A stretch of DNA of 40,410 bases from Gammaproteobacteria bacterium (lineage in GTDB: Bacteria > Pseudomonadota > Gammaproteobacteria > Eutrophobiales > Eutrophobiaceae). The stretch covers positions 1 to 40,410 of the forward strand of contig JBFIJV010000002.1 of NCBI GenBank assembly GCA_041600575.1. The letters are read 5' to 3'. The translations under genes and the position numbers were made by a program. Positions within the stretch are counted from its first letter, which is position 1, and every line of letters starts with the position of its first letter. Shown here in pieces: positions 18,540 through 27,637 of the stretch. The notes under the pieces are model-generated. The model was not told the origin of the DNA. It made no database searches and worked only from the letters and a program-made list of their open reading frames with translations.

Positions 18540-19643
18540 ATGAATAAACAGACCCTCTTTTTATCTTTCCTGCTCACGCTGTTTCTAACAGCTTGTGGCG
18601 GAAAAGCAGATCCTGCGGCAAGTGGTGATAGTGCAACTGATCTTTCAAAAACATTTAAATGGAAGATGGTGACGACCTGGCCGGCTAATTTCCCCATCTT
18701 TCAGGAAGGAGCAGAGCGGTTTGCTGATGATGTACGTTTGATGAGTAATGGACGGCTGTATATACATGTCTATGCCGGCGGTGAACTTGTTCCGGCATTA
18801 CAGGTGTTTGACGCAGTGTCGAATGGCGTGGTGGAAATGGGACACGGTTCGCCATATTACTGGGCAGGAAAAGTGCCCGAGGCACAGTTTTTTTCATCCG
18901 TTCCTTTTGGCATGACCGCAAAAGGGATGAATGCCTGGCTGTATAATGCTGGTGGTCTTGAACTCTGGAACGAGGTTTATAAACCATTTAATTTAATCGC
19001 ATTGCCGATGGGGAATACCGGTGTGCAAATGGGTGGCTGGTTTAACAAACAGATAAATTCAATGGAAGATATTCAGGGTTTGCGTATGCGTATACCTGGT
19101 TTGGGTGGCAAGGTATTTAAGAAAGCCGGCGGAAATCCGGTACTGATGGCGGGCAGCGAGATATATACGGCTCTCGAGCGCGGCACACTTGATGCAACAG
19201 AGTGGGTTGCGCCATTTCATGATATGCGATTGGGTCTGAACCGGGCGGCTAAATATTATTACTACCCCGGTTGGCATGAGCCCGGCACTGTATTTGAATT
19301 GATGATTAATAAAGCAAAGTGGTCGTTATTGCCAAAAGACTTACAAAAGATTGTTGAAACTGCTGCTGCGGCAAATAGTGAATGGATCTATGCGCAGATG
19401 GAATTTCACAATCAAGAGGCTTTAAAGGAATTACGGACGAAACAAAATGTCCAGATAATTGAGTTTCCAAAAGAGGTCTTGTCTGAGTTCAAGCGATTAA
19501 CCAAAGAAACGCTTGATGAAGAGGCCGCAGCCAATCCGAAATTTAAACAGGTCTATGATGCCTATGAAACCTTCAGGGACAGTTATGAAGGTTGGGATGA
19601 ATTATCTGAAGAGTCTTATCAGGCTAGTTTAAGACTGGAATAA
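18540..19643 (+). CDS. TRAP-transporter solute-binding protein (DctP superfamily, the mannitol/chloroaromatic-type subgroup), lipoprotein
   Basis: Lipobox LFLTAC. Conserved DctP-like core (WKMVTTWP, GGELVPALQVFDAVSNGVVEMGH, GGWFNK, DATEWVAPFHD). No dctQ or dctM gene is adjacent. Confidence 0.85.
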   Translation: MNKQTLFLSFLLTLFLTACGGKADPAASGDSATDLSKTFKWKMVTTWPANFPIFQEGAERFADDVRLMSNGRLYIHVYAGGELVPALQVFDAVSNGVVEMGHGSPYYWAGKVPEAQFFSSVPFGMTAKGMNAWLYNAGGLELWNEVYKPFNLIALPMGNTGVQMGGWFNKQINSMEDIQGLRMRIPGLGGKVFKKAGGNPVLMAGSEIYTALERGTLDATEWVAPFHDMRLGLNRAAKYYYYPGWHEPGTVFELMINKAKWSLLPKDLQKIVETAAAANSEWIYAQMEFHNQEALKELRTKQNVQIIEFPKEVLSEFKRLTKETLDEEAAANPKFKQVYDAYETFRDSYEGWDELSEESYQASLRLE

Positions 19644-19651
19644 TACTGAAA

Positions 19652-19684
19652 AGTAAAGGGAGCCTTAGCTCCCTTTACTGTTTT
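19652..19684. terminator. Bidirectional rho-independent terminator between the convergent TRAP-SBP and cytochrome c5 genes
   Basis: Perfect 12-bp stem AGTAAAGGGAGC / GCTCCCTTTACT with a CTTA loop. It is followed by GTTTT on the plus strand and TTTT on the minus strand. Confidence 0.85.
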
Positions 19685-19724
19685 AAAGATGATGGGGCAG
19701 GTTTGAGCCTATACCCGCCAACAA

Positions 19725-20534
19725 TTATTTAGTCTGGTTTACCATGTAATCAACGGCAGCTTTGACTTCGTCATCGCTGAGTTTCATGTTGCCACCTTTA
19801 CCCGGCATCATCCCTAACTCTCCAACAAAACCATTGATGGCATGATCATAGAGGGTATCCATGCCTTTTTCGATGCGTGGTCCCCAGGCAGTTGCATCAC
19901 CCGTCTGTGGAATCATGGAGGCTAATGCTGCTACACCGTGACAGTTAACGCACAAACCATCATAAACAGTTTTGCCGGCATCACCATCAGCAGCAGCAGT
20001 TTCAGTTGTTTCAGCAGCAGGTGCGGCATCAAGTTGACTCACCATATAATCAACTGCAGCTTTGACCTCGTCATCGGTCAATTTAGGATTACTGCCTCTG
20101 GCAGGCATCATGCCCATCTCTCCAACAAAACCATTAATAGCATGGTCGTAGAGCATATCCTTCCCTTGTTCAACGCGGGCAGCCCAAGCTGCAGCATCAC
20201 CTGTTTGTGGAATCATCGATGCCATTGCCGGAATACCGTGACAATTAACGCAGAGTCCATCGTAGATTGTTTTTCCCACATCGCCACTCCCTTCTCCACC
20301 AGTAGCAGCAGTCATTTCTTCGGCTGCCATCGCTGTTTCTTCCCCAACGGCGGTGACTTGCCCTACGGGTTCAGTGATCTTGGCGACCTTTGTAGCACGC
20401 ATATTAGCTTCATGTTCGTCATCAGTTGCGGCGAATTGTGCGACAACGAAAAATACCACCATCATTACGGCGATAAGACCTAATGCCAGTGAAAAATTTC
20501 TGAAAAATATTTTATCTTGTTCTTTACTCATCAC
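19725..20534 (-). CDS. Membrane-anchored diheme cytochrome c (two tandem cytochrome c5-type domains)
   Basis: N-terminal transmembrane anchor and two CVNCHG heme-binding sites. Each site is followed by the c5-like signature ...MIPQTGD..W..R...G...LY.HAINGF.GE.GMMP..G.N.KL.DDEVKAAVDYM. Confidence 0.85.
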   Translation of the reverse strand: MMSKEQDKIFFRNFSLALGLIAVMMVVFFVVAQFAATDDEHEANMRATKVAKITEPVGQVTAVGEETAMAAEEMTAATGGEGSGDVGKTIYDGLCVNCHGIPAMASMIPQTGDAAAWAARVEQGKDMLYDHAINGFVGEMGMMPARGSNPKLTDDEVKAAVDYMVSQLDAAPAAETTETAAADGDAGKTVYDGLCVNCHGVAALASMIPQTGDATAWGPRIEKGMDTLYDHAINGFVGELGMMPGKGGNMKLSDDEVKAAVDYMVNQTK

Positions 20535-20730
20535 TTGTCCCCAAGGGTAATTATTCTGAATTTTCAGTTTATGTGGTACTAAAGGAGCAAAAGTATACCT
20601 ATTGTCTGTATCTGTGGGAATACTGCTAATTTCTTTTACTAATCGAATCTGTGCTTTAATTGCTGTAATTTATAATAAATACTGAATTTGACGATATTAT
20701 TCACGTCATCATCACATTATTTGCGCTGTA

Positions 20731-21468
20731 ATGCTCCAAAATAAACTTACCCGTGGTCTAAAAAACTTGACGACAAACCCCCAAGGACACCTGCTTCTCA
20801 TCGAAGACCATCATGATATCGCTGAAACGATCTGTGAGTATCTGGAGCGTTGCGGTTATGTGATGGATCATGCTGCTGATGGCATTACCGGTTTACATCT
20901 TGCTGTTAGCAATGATTACGATGCCGTAATTCTCGATCAAATGTTACCTGGTATGGATGGGATTGTTCTACTGGAAAAAATACGTAATGAGGCAAAACGG
21001 GATGTGCCTGTATTAATCCTGACTGCCAGAGATACATTACAAGATAAAATTGCCGGCCTAGACGCAGGCGCCGATGATTATCTGGTCAAACCATTCGAGA
21101 TTAAAGAGCTTGAAGCTCGGGTTCGAGCACTAATACGCAGACAACGTGGGTTGCTGAGTCCTAAAAGACTGCAGGTGGCCGATCTGATATTCGATACCGG
21201 CACATTGGAGGTTTCACGGGCCAATACACCAATTAAATTGACGCCGATAGGTTTGAAAATCCTGAAAATTTTAATGCATGCCTCACCGCGAGTTGTCAGT
21301 AGACGCGAGATTGAGCGCCAGATCTGGGGTGATATTTTGCCGGACAGTGATACTTTGCGAAGTCATATGTATAACCTGAGAAAATCAATCGACAAACCAT
21401 TCAGTAAAGCATTAATGGAAACCATGCAAAATACCGGCTTTCGCCTGGTTGATCCTGATGAAGACTGA
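20731..21468 (+). CDS. OmpR/PhoB-family response regulator
   Basis: Receiver domain (LLIEDHHD..., AVILDQMLPGMDG, LILTAR, DDYLVKPF) plus a winged-helix trans_reg_C domain (LTPIGLKILKILM..., LRSHMYNLRKSI, GFRL). Confidence 0.9.
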   Translation: MLQNKLTRGLKNLTTNPQGHLLLIEDHHDIAETICEYLERCGYVMDHAADGITGLHLAVSNDYDAVILDQMLPGMDGIVLLEKIRNEAKRDVPVLILTARDTLQDKIAGLDAGADDYLVKPFEIKELEARVRALIRRQRGLLSPKRLQVADLIFDTGTLEVSRANTPIKLTPIGLKILKILMHASPRVVSRREIERQIWGDILPDSDTLRSHMYNLRKSIDKPFSKALMETMQNTGFRLVDPDED

Positions 21469-22750
21469 TACCGGCATTAATCAACGTGTGATAAACGCCT
21501 TTATATTACAGGCGGTTTTGATCAGTGCAGTTGCCTTGTTGGGTGTTTATGCGGCTCGCTTTGTTATGGGCGATATCCTGATTCAACGCGCTTTGGACGA
21601 TGAAGCATCACATTATTGGACTCGATACGATACGGATAAACCGGCTCCGCGTCCTGATACTTATAATTTGACGGGATACTTAAACCCGGGCGATAAAATA
21701 ATTCCCGCAGAAATTTTAAACCTGGGTCCCGGCCTGCATAAGTTAAGCGATAAGCATTCGGATTTTTATATCGTGCATGTATCAGAGCATGACGGGCATA
21801 CGCTGTATCTTGAATTTGATGGTCAACAGGTCAGCGAATTGGCGTTGTTTTTTGGCATTTTTCCGCTCGCGGGTTTTCTTATTGTGATTTATTTATCAGG
21901 TTGGGTCTCATACCGCTTACTGTCGCAAGCTGTATCACCGATCATTAAATTAGCAAAAACATTAGAAGAGCTCGATCCAAGCAGTGAAGAATTTTCTGAA
22001 AAACTAAAACAGGCGTTGCCTGATAACGTCGACCAGGAGGTTGCGGTTTTAGCGCAGGCGTTATCGGATCTATCTGACCGGATAGTCTCTTTTGTCGTGC
22101 GAGAACGTAATTTCACGCGTGATGCGAGTCATGAATTACGGAGTCCTATTACTGTTATAAAAATCGCATCTGATTTTTTATTGGAGGATGAATCACTGAG
22201 CGAGGCACAAACCAGGCCATTACTACGTATAAAGAACAATGCGGCAGACATGGAGGAATTGATTGAAGCATTATTAATCCTTGCGAGGGAGACAGATAGA
22301 GAATTATCGTCAGAACCGGTTTGTATCAATGATGTCGTATCAGAAGAAATTGAAAGAACAAACAATCTTCTGTTGGGCAAACCAGTAGCGGTTAATGTTG
22401 AAGAAAAAAATAAATTGTTTGTAAATGGATCTGACAAGGTTTTATCGGTACTGATCGGCAACCTTATCCGTAATGCGTTTTCTTATACTGATGAAGGCAA
22501 TGTCAATATTCTTATTGCCGGCGATAATTTGATTATTGAAGACAGTGGCATAGGAATGCATAAAGATGATGTTGAGCAAATGTTTAAACCGTTTAAACAG
22601 GGCAAGAATAAACCTCGTGGTGGTTATGGTGTTGGTTTAACCATCGTTAAAATGCTATCGGACCGGTTTAATTGGCCTATTAATATCAACAGTGAGCTTG
22701 ATTATGGGACCAGGGTTACGGTTAAATTTTCCAGGGGCTCTATTGTCTGA
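21458..22750 (+). CDS. Sensor histidine kinase (two transmembrane helices, periplasmic loop, HAMP-like linker, HisKA, HATPase_c)
   Basis: H-box ASHELRSPITVI, N-box GNLIRNAFSYT and G-boxes DSGIGM / GYGVGL. The ATG at 21458 overlaps the regulator stop by 11 nt. The ORF-track start is a TTG at 21449. Confidence 0.9.
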   Translation: MKTDTGINQRVINAFILQAVLISAVALLGVYAARFVMGDILIQRALDDEASHYWTRYDTDKPAPRPDTYNLTGYLNPGDKIIPAEILNLGPGLHKLSDKHSDFYIVHVSEHDGHTLYLEFDGQQVSELALFFGIFPLAGFLIVIYLSGWVSYRLLSQAVSPIIKLAKTLEELDPSSEEFSEKLKQALPDNVDQEVAVLAQALSDLSDRIVSFVVRERNFTRDASHELRSPITVIKIASDFLLEDESLSEAQTRPLLRIKNNAADMEELIEALLILARETDRELSSEPVCINDVVSEEIERTNNLLLGKPVAVNVEEKNKLFVNGSDKVLSVLIGNLIRNAFSYTDEGNVNILIAGDNLIIEDSGIGMHKDDVEQMFKPFKQGKNKPRGGYGVGLTIVKMLSDRFNWPININSELDYGTRVTVKFSRGSIV

Positions 22751-22770
22751 AAAGTAGCAATATCAGGTTC

Positions 22771-22809
22771 TTCACATAATCTTCACACTTGCTAGACCTG
22801 TTGTTCACA
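22771..22809 (+). promoter_or_regulatory. Three helically phased TTCACA direct repeats (candidate OmpR-family response-regulator binding site and promoter of the desaturase operon)
   Basis: TTCACA occurs at 22771-22776, 22782-22787 and 22804-22809, giving start-to-start spacings of 11 and 22 bp. The repeats lie in the 108-bp gap between the kinase stop and the desaturase start. Confidence 0.5.
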
Positions 22810-22858
22810 GACTCCCGCGCACACTAACCGAGATAAATAATTCTCTACGAGAAAAGAA

Positions 22859-23797
22859 TTGAAAACACAAAATAAATTATCCTTGTTTCAAAAACTATGC
22901 TGTTGGTTGTTTAATGATTCATCAATATATGAGGGATTAAATGAACAACAGAAACAAAAGATAGATAGTTTCAGGCTGACAGTTTTTATCGTGATGCATA
23001 TTGCTTGTCTTGGCGTGCTCTATGTTGGTGTCAGTTGGATAGCCGTTTTACTGGCGGTGTTTCTTTATTTCAGCCGAATGTTTTTCATTACTGCATTCTA
23101 TCATCGGTATTTTTCACATCGAAGTTATAGCGTTTCACGCCCGATACAATTTTTAATGGCCGTTGCCGGGTGTATGGCTGGACAACGTGGCCCCCTTTGG
23201 TGGGCAAGCCACCATCGTGGTCATCATATCAATTCAGACACACATACTGATCCGCATTCTCCAAGAAACGGGTTTCTCAATAGTCATCTGCTCTGGTTCT
23301 TACGACGTGGAAATTTTCCTTTACACGATGAACGTATCAAAGACCTATTGCGTTACCCTGAATTAAGGTTGCTAGAAAGAGTTGACTGGATACCTTTTCT
23401 TTTCATGTTCTACTGTTGCTTTCTTCTGGGCAATTTCCTCGCGCTCAATTTTCCTTACCTAAATACGAGTGGGTTGCAATTGCTGGTCTGGGGTGGTTTT
23501 GTTTCAACAGTCGTTCTTTATCATGCCACCTATACCATAAACTCACTGGCGCATGTGTTTGGTAAGCGCCGTTTCAATACCGATGATGACAGCCGTAATA
23601 ATGTCTGGCTGGCTTTACTAACACTGGGTGAAGGTTGGCATAACAATCACCATCGTTTCCCGGCAGCGGCTCGACAAGGCTTTTATCGTGGTGAGCTTGA
23701 TATCAGTTTTATATTAATAAAAATGTTCGCCGCCCTGGGCTTGGCAAAAGATTTAAAACCCGTACCGTTGCATATACTGGAAGAAGGTCAGCAGTGA
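22859..23797 (+). CDS. Membrane fatty-acid (acyl-CoA/acyl-lipid) desaturase
   Basis: Three histidine boxes (HRYFSH, HHRGHH, HNNHH) and 4 predicted transmembrane segments. TTG start as in the ORF track; the exact start is uncertain. Confidence 0.85.
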   Translation: MKTQNKLSLFQKLCCWLFNDSSIYEGLNEQQKQKIDSFRLTVFIVMHIACLGVLYVGVSWIAVLLAVFLYFSRMFFITAFYHRYFSHRSYSVSRPIQFLMAVAGCMAGQRGPLWWASHHRGHHINSDTHTDPHSPRNGFLNSHLLWFLRRGNFPLHDERIKDLLRYPELRLLERVDWIPFLFMFYCCFLLGNFLALNFPYLNTSGLQLLVWGGFVSTVVLYHATYTINSLAHVFGKRRFNTDDDSRNNVWLALLTLGEGWHNNHHRFPAAARQGFYRGELDISFILIKMFAALGLAKDLKPVPLHILEEGQQ

Positions 23798-25050
23798 TGA
23801 GAATTGCAATTGTTGGTACTGGCATTTCAGGTTTAACAGCAGCCCATCTACTGAATCGAGATCATGATATTCACGTTTTCGAAGCGAATCATTATATTGG
23901 TGGGCACACCAATACTATTATTGTTAACGAGGATGATAGAACAATCCCGGTTGATACAGGCTTTATTGTTTTCAATGAACATAATTATCCAAACTTGTGT
24001 CAATTGTTTGAATTGCTGGATATTGAAAGTCGCGAGTCAGATATGAGTTTCAGCGTGCATTGTGATAAGACTTTGCTGGAATACAATGGTACGGATCTTA
24101 ATCGCGTTTTTAGTCAGCGTAAAAATATTTTCAGTCCAACATTTTGGCGCATGCTAAGGGACATTATGCGTTTTAATGATCATGCACCAGCAGAACTTCA
24201 TAACGGCATGGATGATAAAACCACCGTAGCTGAATATGCCGAGAAGAATAAATACTCAGCCAGTTTTATTGAATATTATCTGGTGCCATTAGGCGCCTCT
24301 TTATGGTCATGTCCGGCAGCAAAGTTTCGTCAATTCCCAATCAGGTTTGTGCTTGAATTTCTGGATAACCATTGCATGTTACAAGTTAATCAGCGCCCGC
24401 AATGGCGAACTGTCGTAGGCGGTTCCTATCAATATATCAAACCGCTGACTAAAAGTTTTTTCAATAAGATTAACTTGAATACCGGGGTTACCAGTGTCGC
24501 GAGGAAACATAATTATGTTGAGCTAACCCTGACAGATGGCAGAATAGAAACGTTTGATGAAGTTGTACTGGCTACCCATGCAGACACGAGTCGTCGATTA
24601 GTTAGCAATATGGAAGCTGAAGAAATCAACATGTTGGATCTGTTTGAGTATCAGGATAACGAAGCGATACTGCATACAGACACCAATCTATTACCCCGAA
24701 ATCAGCGAGCCTGGGCGAGTTGGAATTATCGTATCCCGGCGACTGAAAATAATCATGTTGCGGTGACCTATAACATGAATATGTTGCAGGGGATTAAGAG
24801 TGATAAAACCTATAGCGTTTCTCTTAATCAGGCCGATCAGATTGATCCATATAAAATTATACGACGGATAAATTATCATCACCCTGTTTTTCAACCTGGC
24901 AGAGATGCGGTACAAGCACAGCACCACAAATTGATTCGCCGCCGTGGTATTTCCTACTGTGGTGCCTATTGGGGCTATGGCTTTCATGAAGATGGTGTGC
25001 GTAGTGCAATTGCGGTATGCGCCGCTTACGATCAGGCATTGGCCGCATGA
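23794..25050 (+). CDS. FAD/NAD(P)-binding oxidoreductase (amine-oxidase / phytoene-desaturase-like fold)
   Basis: N-terminal dinucleotide-binding motif RIAIVGTGISGLTAAHLL. Its start overlaps the desaturase stop by 4 nt. Confidence 0.85.
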   Translation: MMRIAIVGTGISGLTAAHLLNRDHDIHVFEANHYIGGHTNTIIVNEDDRTIPVDTGFIVFNEHNYPNLCQLFELLDIESRESDMSFSVHCDKTLLEYNGTDLNRVFSQRKNIFSPTFWRMLRDIMRFNDHAPAELHNGMDDKTTVAEYAEKNKYSASFIEYYLVPLGASLWSCPAAKFRQFPIRFVLEFLDNHCMLQVNQRPQWRTVVGGSYQYIKPLTKSFFNKINLNTGVTSVARKHNYVELTLTDGRIETFDEVVLATHADTSRRLVSNMEAEEINMLDLFEYQDNEAILHTDTNLLPRNQRAWASWNYRIPATENNHVAVTYNMNMLQGIKSDKTYSVSLNQADQIDPYKIIRRINYHHPVFQPGRDAVQAQHHKLIRRRGISYCGAYWGYGFHEDGVRSAIAVCAAYDQALAA

Positions 25051-25808
25051 ACAGTTGTATTTATGAAGGCCGGGTTTCGCATGGTCGCTTCATGCCGCAC
25101 AAGCATTATTTTCAATACAAGTTATACATGATGTATCTGGATCTGGCTGAATTACCAGAACTGTTTGATCCGTATTTATTCTGGTCAGCAAGACGTACTG
25201 CACTAGCCTGGTTCAGGCGCAAGGATCATGTCGGCGATGCTGTTGACCTTGATAAAAACATACGTCAGATCATCAAACAGGACGCCGGGAAGGATCATAC
25301 CGGACCAATACGACTATTAACGCATTTGCGTTATTTTGGTTACTGCATGAACCCGGTCAGTTTTTATTATTGCTGGAATGATGCAGATACGGAACTCGAA
25401 TATATTGTTGCCGAAGTACATAACACACCCTGGGGTGAGACACATTGTTATGTACTGGATAGTTGTGAAATAGAAGAAGGCCAGGCGTCATATTCTTTTT
25501 CAAAGGCGTTTCATGTCTCACCGTTTATGGATATGGATCAATCCTATGAATGGCATTTGCCGAAGCCCGATGAAGAACTGAAAGTAAATATGAACAGTTT
25601 TGAAAAGGGTGAAAAGATTTTTAATGCGACGATGAATTTAAGCCGACAACCCATCAATCGATTACAACTTGCCCGAGTTTTATTGATGTATCCCTTCATG
25701 ACGATCAAGGTTATTTCTGCCATCTATTGGCAGGCCATGAAGCTCTGGTTTAAGAAAACACCTTTTTATACTCACCCAAAAAATTTAACACAAGAGACAA
25801 ATCGATGA
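25047..25808 (+). CDS. DUF1365-family protein
   Basis: MNSCIYEGRVSHGRF...F.Y..YM.YLDL is the typical DUF1365 N-terminus. The ATG at 25047 forms an ATGA overlap with the upstream stop. The ORF-track start at 25017 is probably an over-extension. Confidence 0.8.
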   Translation: MNSCIYEGRVSHGRFMPHKHYFQYKLYMMYLDLAELPELFDPYLFWSARRTALAWFRRKDHVGDAVDLDKNIRQIIKQDAGKDHTGPIRLLTHLRYFGYCMNPVSFYYCWNDADTELEYIVAEVHNTPWGETHCYVLDSCEIEEGQASYSFSKAFHVSPFMDMDQSYEWHLPKPDEELKVNMNSFEKGEKIFNATMNLSRQPINRLQLARVLLMYPFMTIKVISAIYWQAMKLWFKKTPFYTHPKNLTQETNR

Positions 25809-27082
25809 GATCGACAACGTTAAAACAAGATAATTTAAAAACGACGACATCAGTAAGCCCTCTTCTATTACTGGCTAAAAAACTGGTTAGAAAAAAAATC
25901 AGTGATCTGCCTGCGGGGTGTATCGCAATTAATGACCCGTTCGATAATTGGCAAACCGATGCTGCTCGACCAGTGGACATCACTATCGAAATTAAGGATA
26001 TGCGTTTTTATATAGACGTTTTGTTGGCTGGTAGTAACGGTGCTGCAAGTGCTTATCGCGATGGTTATTGGTGCTGCGATAATCTGGTCGGTTTGTTTCA
26101 AATGATGGTCAGAAATCTTGACCATACCGATGAACTGGAATCAGGTCTGGCTACACTGGGCAACTGGTGGTTACGACGCAGGCATAAAGCCAGAAGCAAC
26201 ACGCGTGAAGGTAGCCAGCAGAATATTCATGCGCACTATGATCTGGGTAATGACATGTTCCAACTGTTTCTCGACAAAACCATGACCTACTCATCCGGTT
26301 TTTTTCTGGAAGAACATTCAACGCTTGAACAGGCATCAATTGAAAAGCTGGATCGAATCTGTCGCAAGCTTGATTTAAAACCACACCATCGTTTGATTGA
26401 GATTGGCAGTGGTTGGGGCAGTTTTTCCATTCATGCGGCAAAAAATTATGGTTGCCATGTTACAACAGTAACGATTTCTAAAGAACAATATGAGCTTGCC
26501 AGACAGCGTATCCGGGAACAGAGCTTGGAAGATCGCATTGATATCAGGCTATGTGATTATCGTGATCTAACTGGAAAATTCGACAAGCTTGTTTCCATTG
26601 AAATGATAGAAGCTGTTGGCCATGAATATTTGCCAGCGTATTTTTCCAGTTGTGCATCCTTGTTAAAAGATGACGGCCAAATGTTGATCCAGGCGATCAC
26701 GATGCCGGATCAGCGGTATAAGCAATATCTTAAAACCTCGGATTTTATCCAGCAGTTTGTTTTTCCAGGCAGTTGTGTTCCTTCATTAACGGCGATGGTC
26801 GATGCAATGACTGAATCATCTGATTTACGTGTTAACCACATTGAGGATTTTGGTCTTCACTATGCGAAGACACTCAGGATCTGGCGAGGTAACTTCATGG
26901 CAAGATTGGATGAGGTTAAGCAATGCGGTTATGGCGATGATTTTATTCGTTTATGGGAATATTATCTTTGCTACTGTGAAGCGGGATTTATCGAACGGTA
27001 TACCGGCGTCGTACAAATGTTAATGAATAAACCAGCCTATGCCAGAGAAACAATATCGGCAGCGGACTCATCGACGCATTAA
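25805..27082 (+). CDS. Cyclopropane-fatty-acyl-phospholipid-synthase-family SAM-dependent methyltransferase
   Basis: CFA-synthase/mycolic acid methyltransferase signatures (HYDLGNDMFQLFLD, SAM motif LIEIGSGWGSF, YLCYCEAGF). It overlaps the upstream gene by 4 nt. Confidence 0.88.
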   Translation: MRSTTLKQDNLKTTTSVSPLLLLAKKLVRKKISDLPAGCIAINDPFDNWQTDAARPVDITIEIKDMRFYIDVLLAGSNGAASAYRDGYWCCDNLVGLFQMMVRNLDHTDELESGLATLGNWWLRRRHKARSNTREGSQQNIHAHYDLGNDMFQLFLDKTMTYSSGFFLEEHSTLEQASIEKLDRICRKLDLKPHHRLIEIGSGWGSFSIHAAKNYGCHVTTVTISKEQYELARQRIREQSLEDRIDIRLCDYRDLTGKFDKLVSIEMIEAVGHEYLPAYFSSCASLLKDDGQMLIQAITMPDQRYKQYLKTSDFIQQFVFPGSCVPSLTAMVDAMTESSDLRVNHIEDFGLHYAKTLRIWRGNFMARLDEVKQCGYGDDFIRLWEYYLCYCEAGFIERYTGVVQMLMNKPAYARETISAADSSTH

Positions 27083-27087
27083 TTAAA

Positions 27088-27636
27088 ATGAATATCAGTA
27101 ACTTCATACTATTTCAGACGGCATGGTTTGTGACCATTCTGTCGGCTGCGGATGGCCTGCCTTATCTTGGTGCGATCTCTACTCTGGCATGGATTTCCAT
27201 ACATCTCTATATTATCGGTGATAAACGCTTATTCGAATTTGAATTATTAGTTAGTGCTGCTGTGATTGGTTATTTGCTCGACTCGCTTCTGGTTTACAGG
27301 GATGTTATTGAATTTCCCGAATCTGCTTTATTAGGTGGTCCATCGCCGATATGGATGGTTTGTCTCTGGATAAATCTTGCGGCAACGATTAACTATTCTT
27401 TGTCATGGTTAAAAGGTCGTTATGTTTTATCCGCTCTAATGGCGAGCATAGCGGGCCCCTTTGCCTATGCTGCGGGAGAAAAACTTGGTGCTATCAAGCT
27501 TTCTGAAAATTCTTCCTTGATTGTTATTGGATTAATGTGGGCTTGTGCTATGCCGCTATTGATATTTCTTTCTGAGCGCATGTTTAAAAAAGAAGCATCT
27601 GAAAACCATGCTCTAATCAACGGATCAGGCAATTAA
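27088..27636 (+). CDS. DUF2878-like integral membrane protein
   Basis: A 182 aa polytopic membrane protein with N-terminus NFILFQTAWFVTIL. It sits directly after the CFA-synthase-like gene, as in the conserved cluster. The family name is from memory. Confidence 0.65.
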   Translation: MNISNFILFQTAWFVTILSAADGLPYLGAISTLAWISIHLYIIGDKRLFEFELLVSAAVIGYLLDSLLVYRDVIEFPESALLGGPSPIWMVCLWINLAATINYSLSWLKGRYVLSALMASIAGPFAYAAGEKLGAIKLSENSSLIVIGLMWACAMPLLIFLSERMFKKEASENHALINGSGN

Positions 27637-27637
27637 T

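Noticed and set aside
19938-20483. 181-aa plus-strand ORF
   Set aside because: It is entirely antisense to the well-supported diheme cytochrome c5 gene. The translation is Ser/Cys/Phe-rich low-complexity sequence typical of a shadow ORF.
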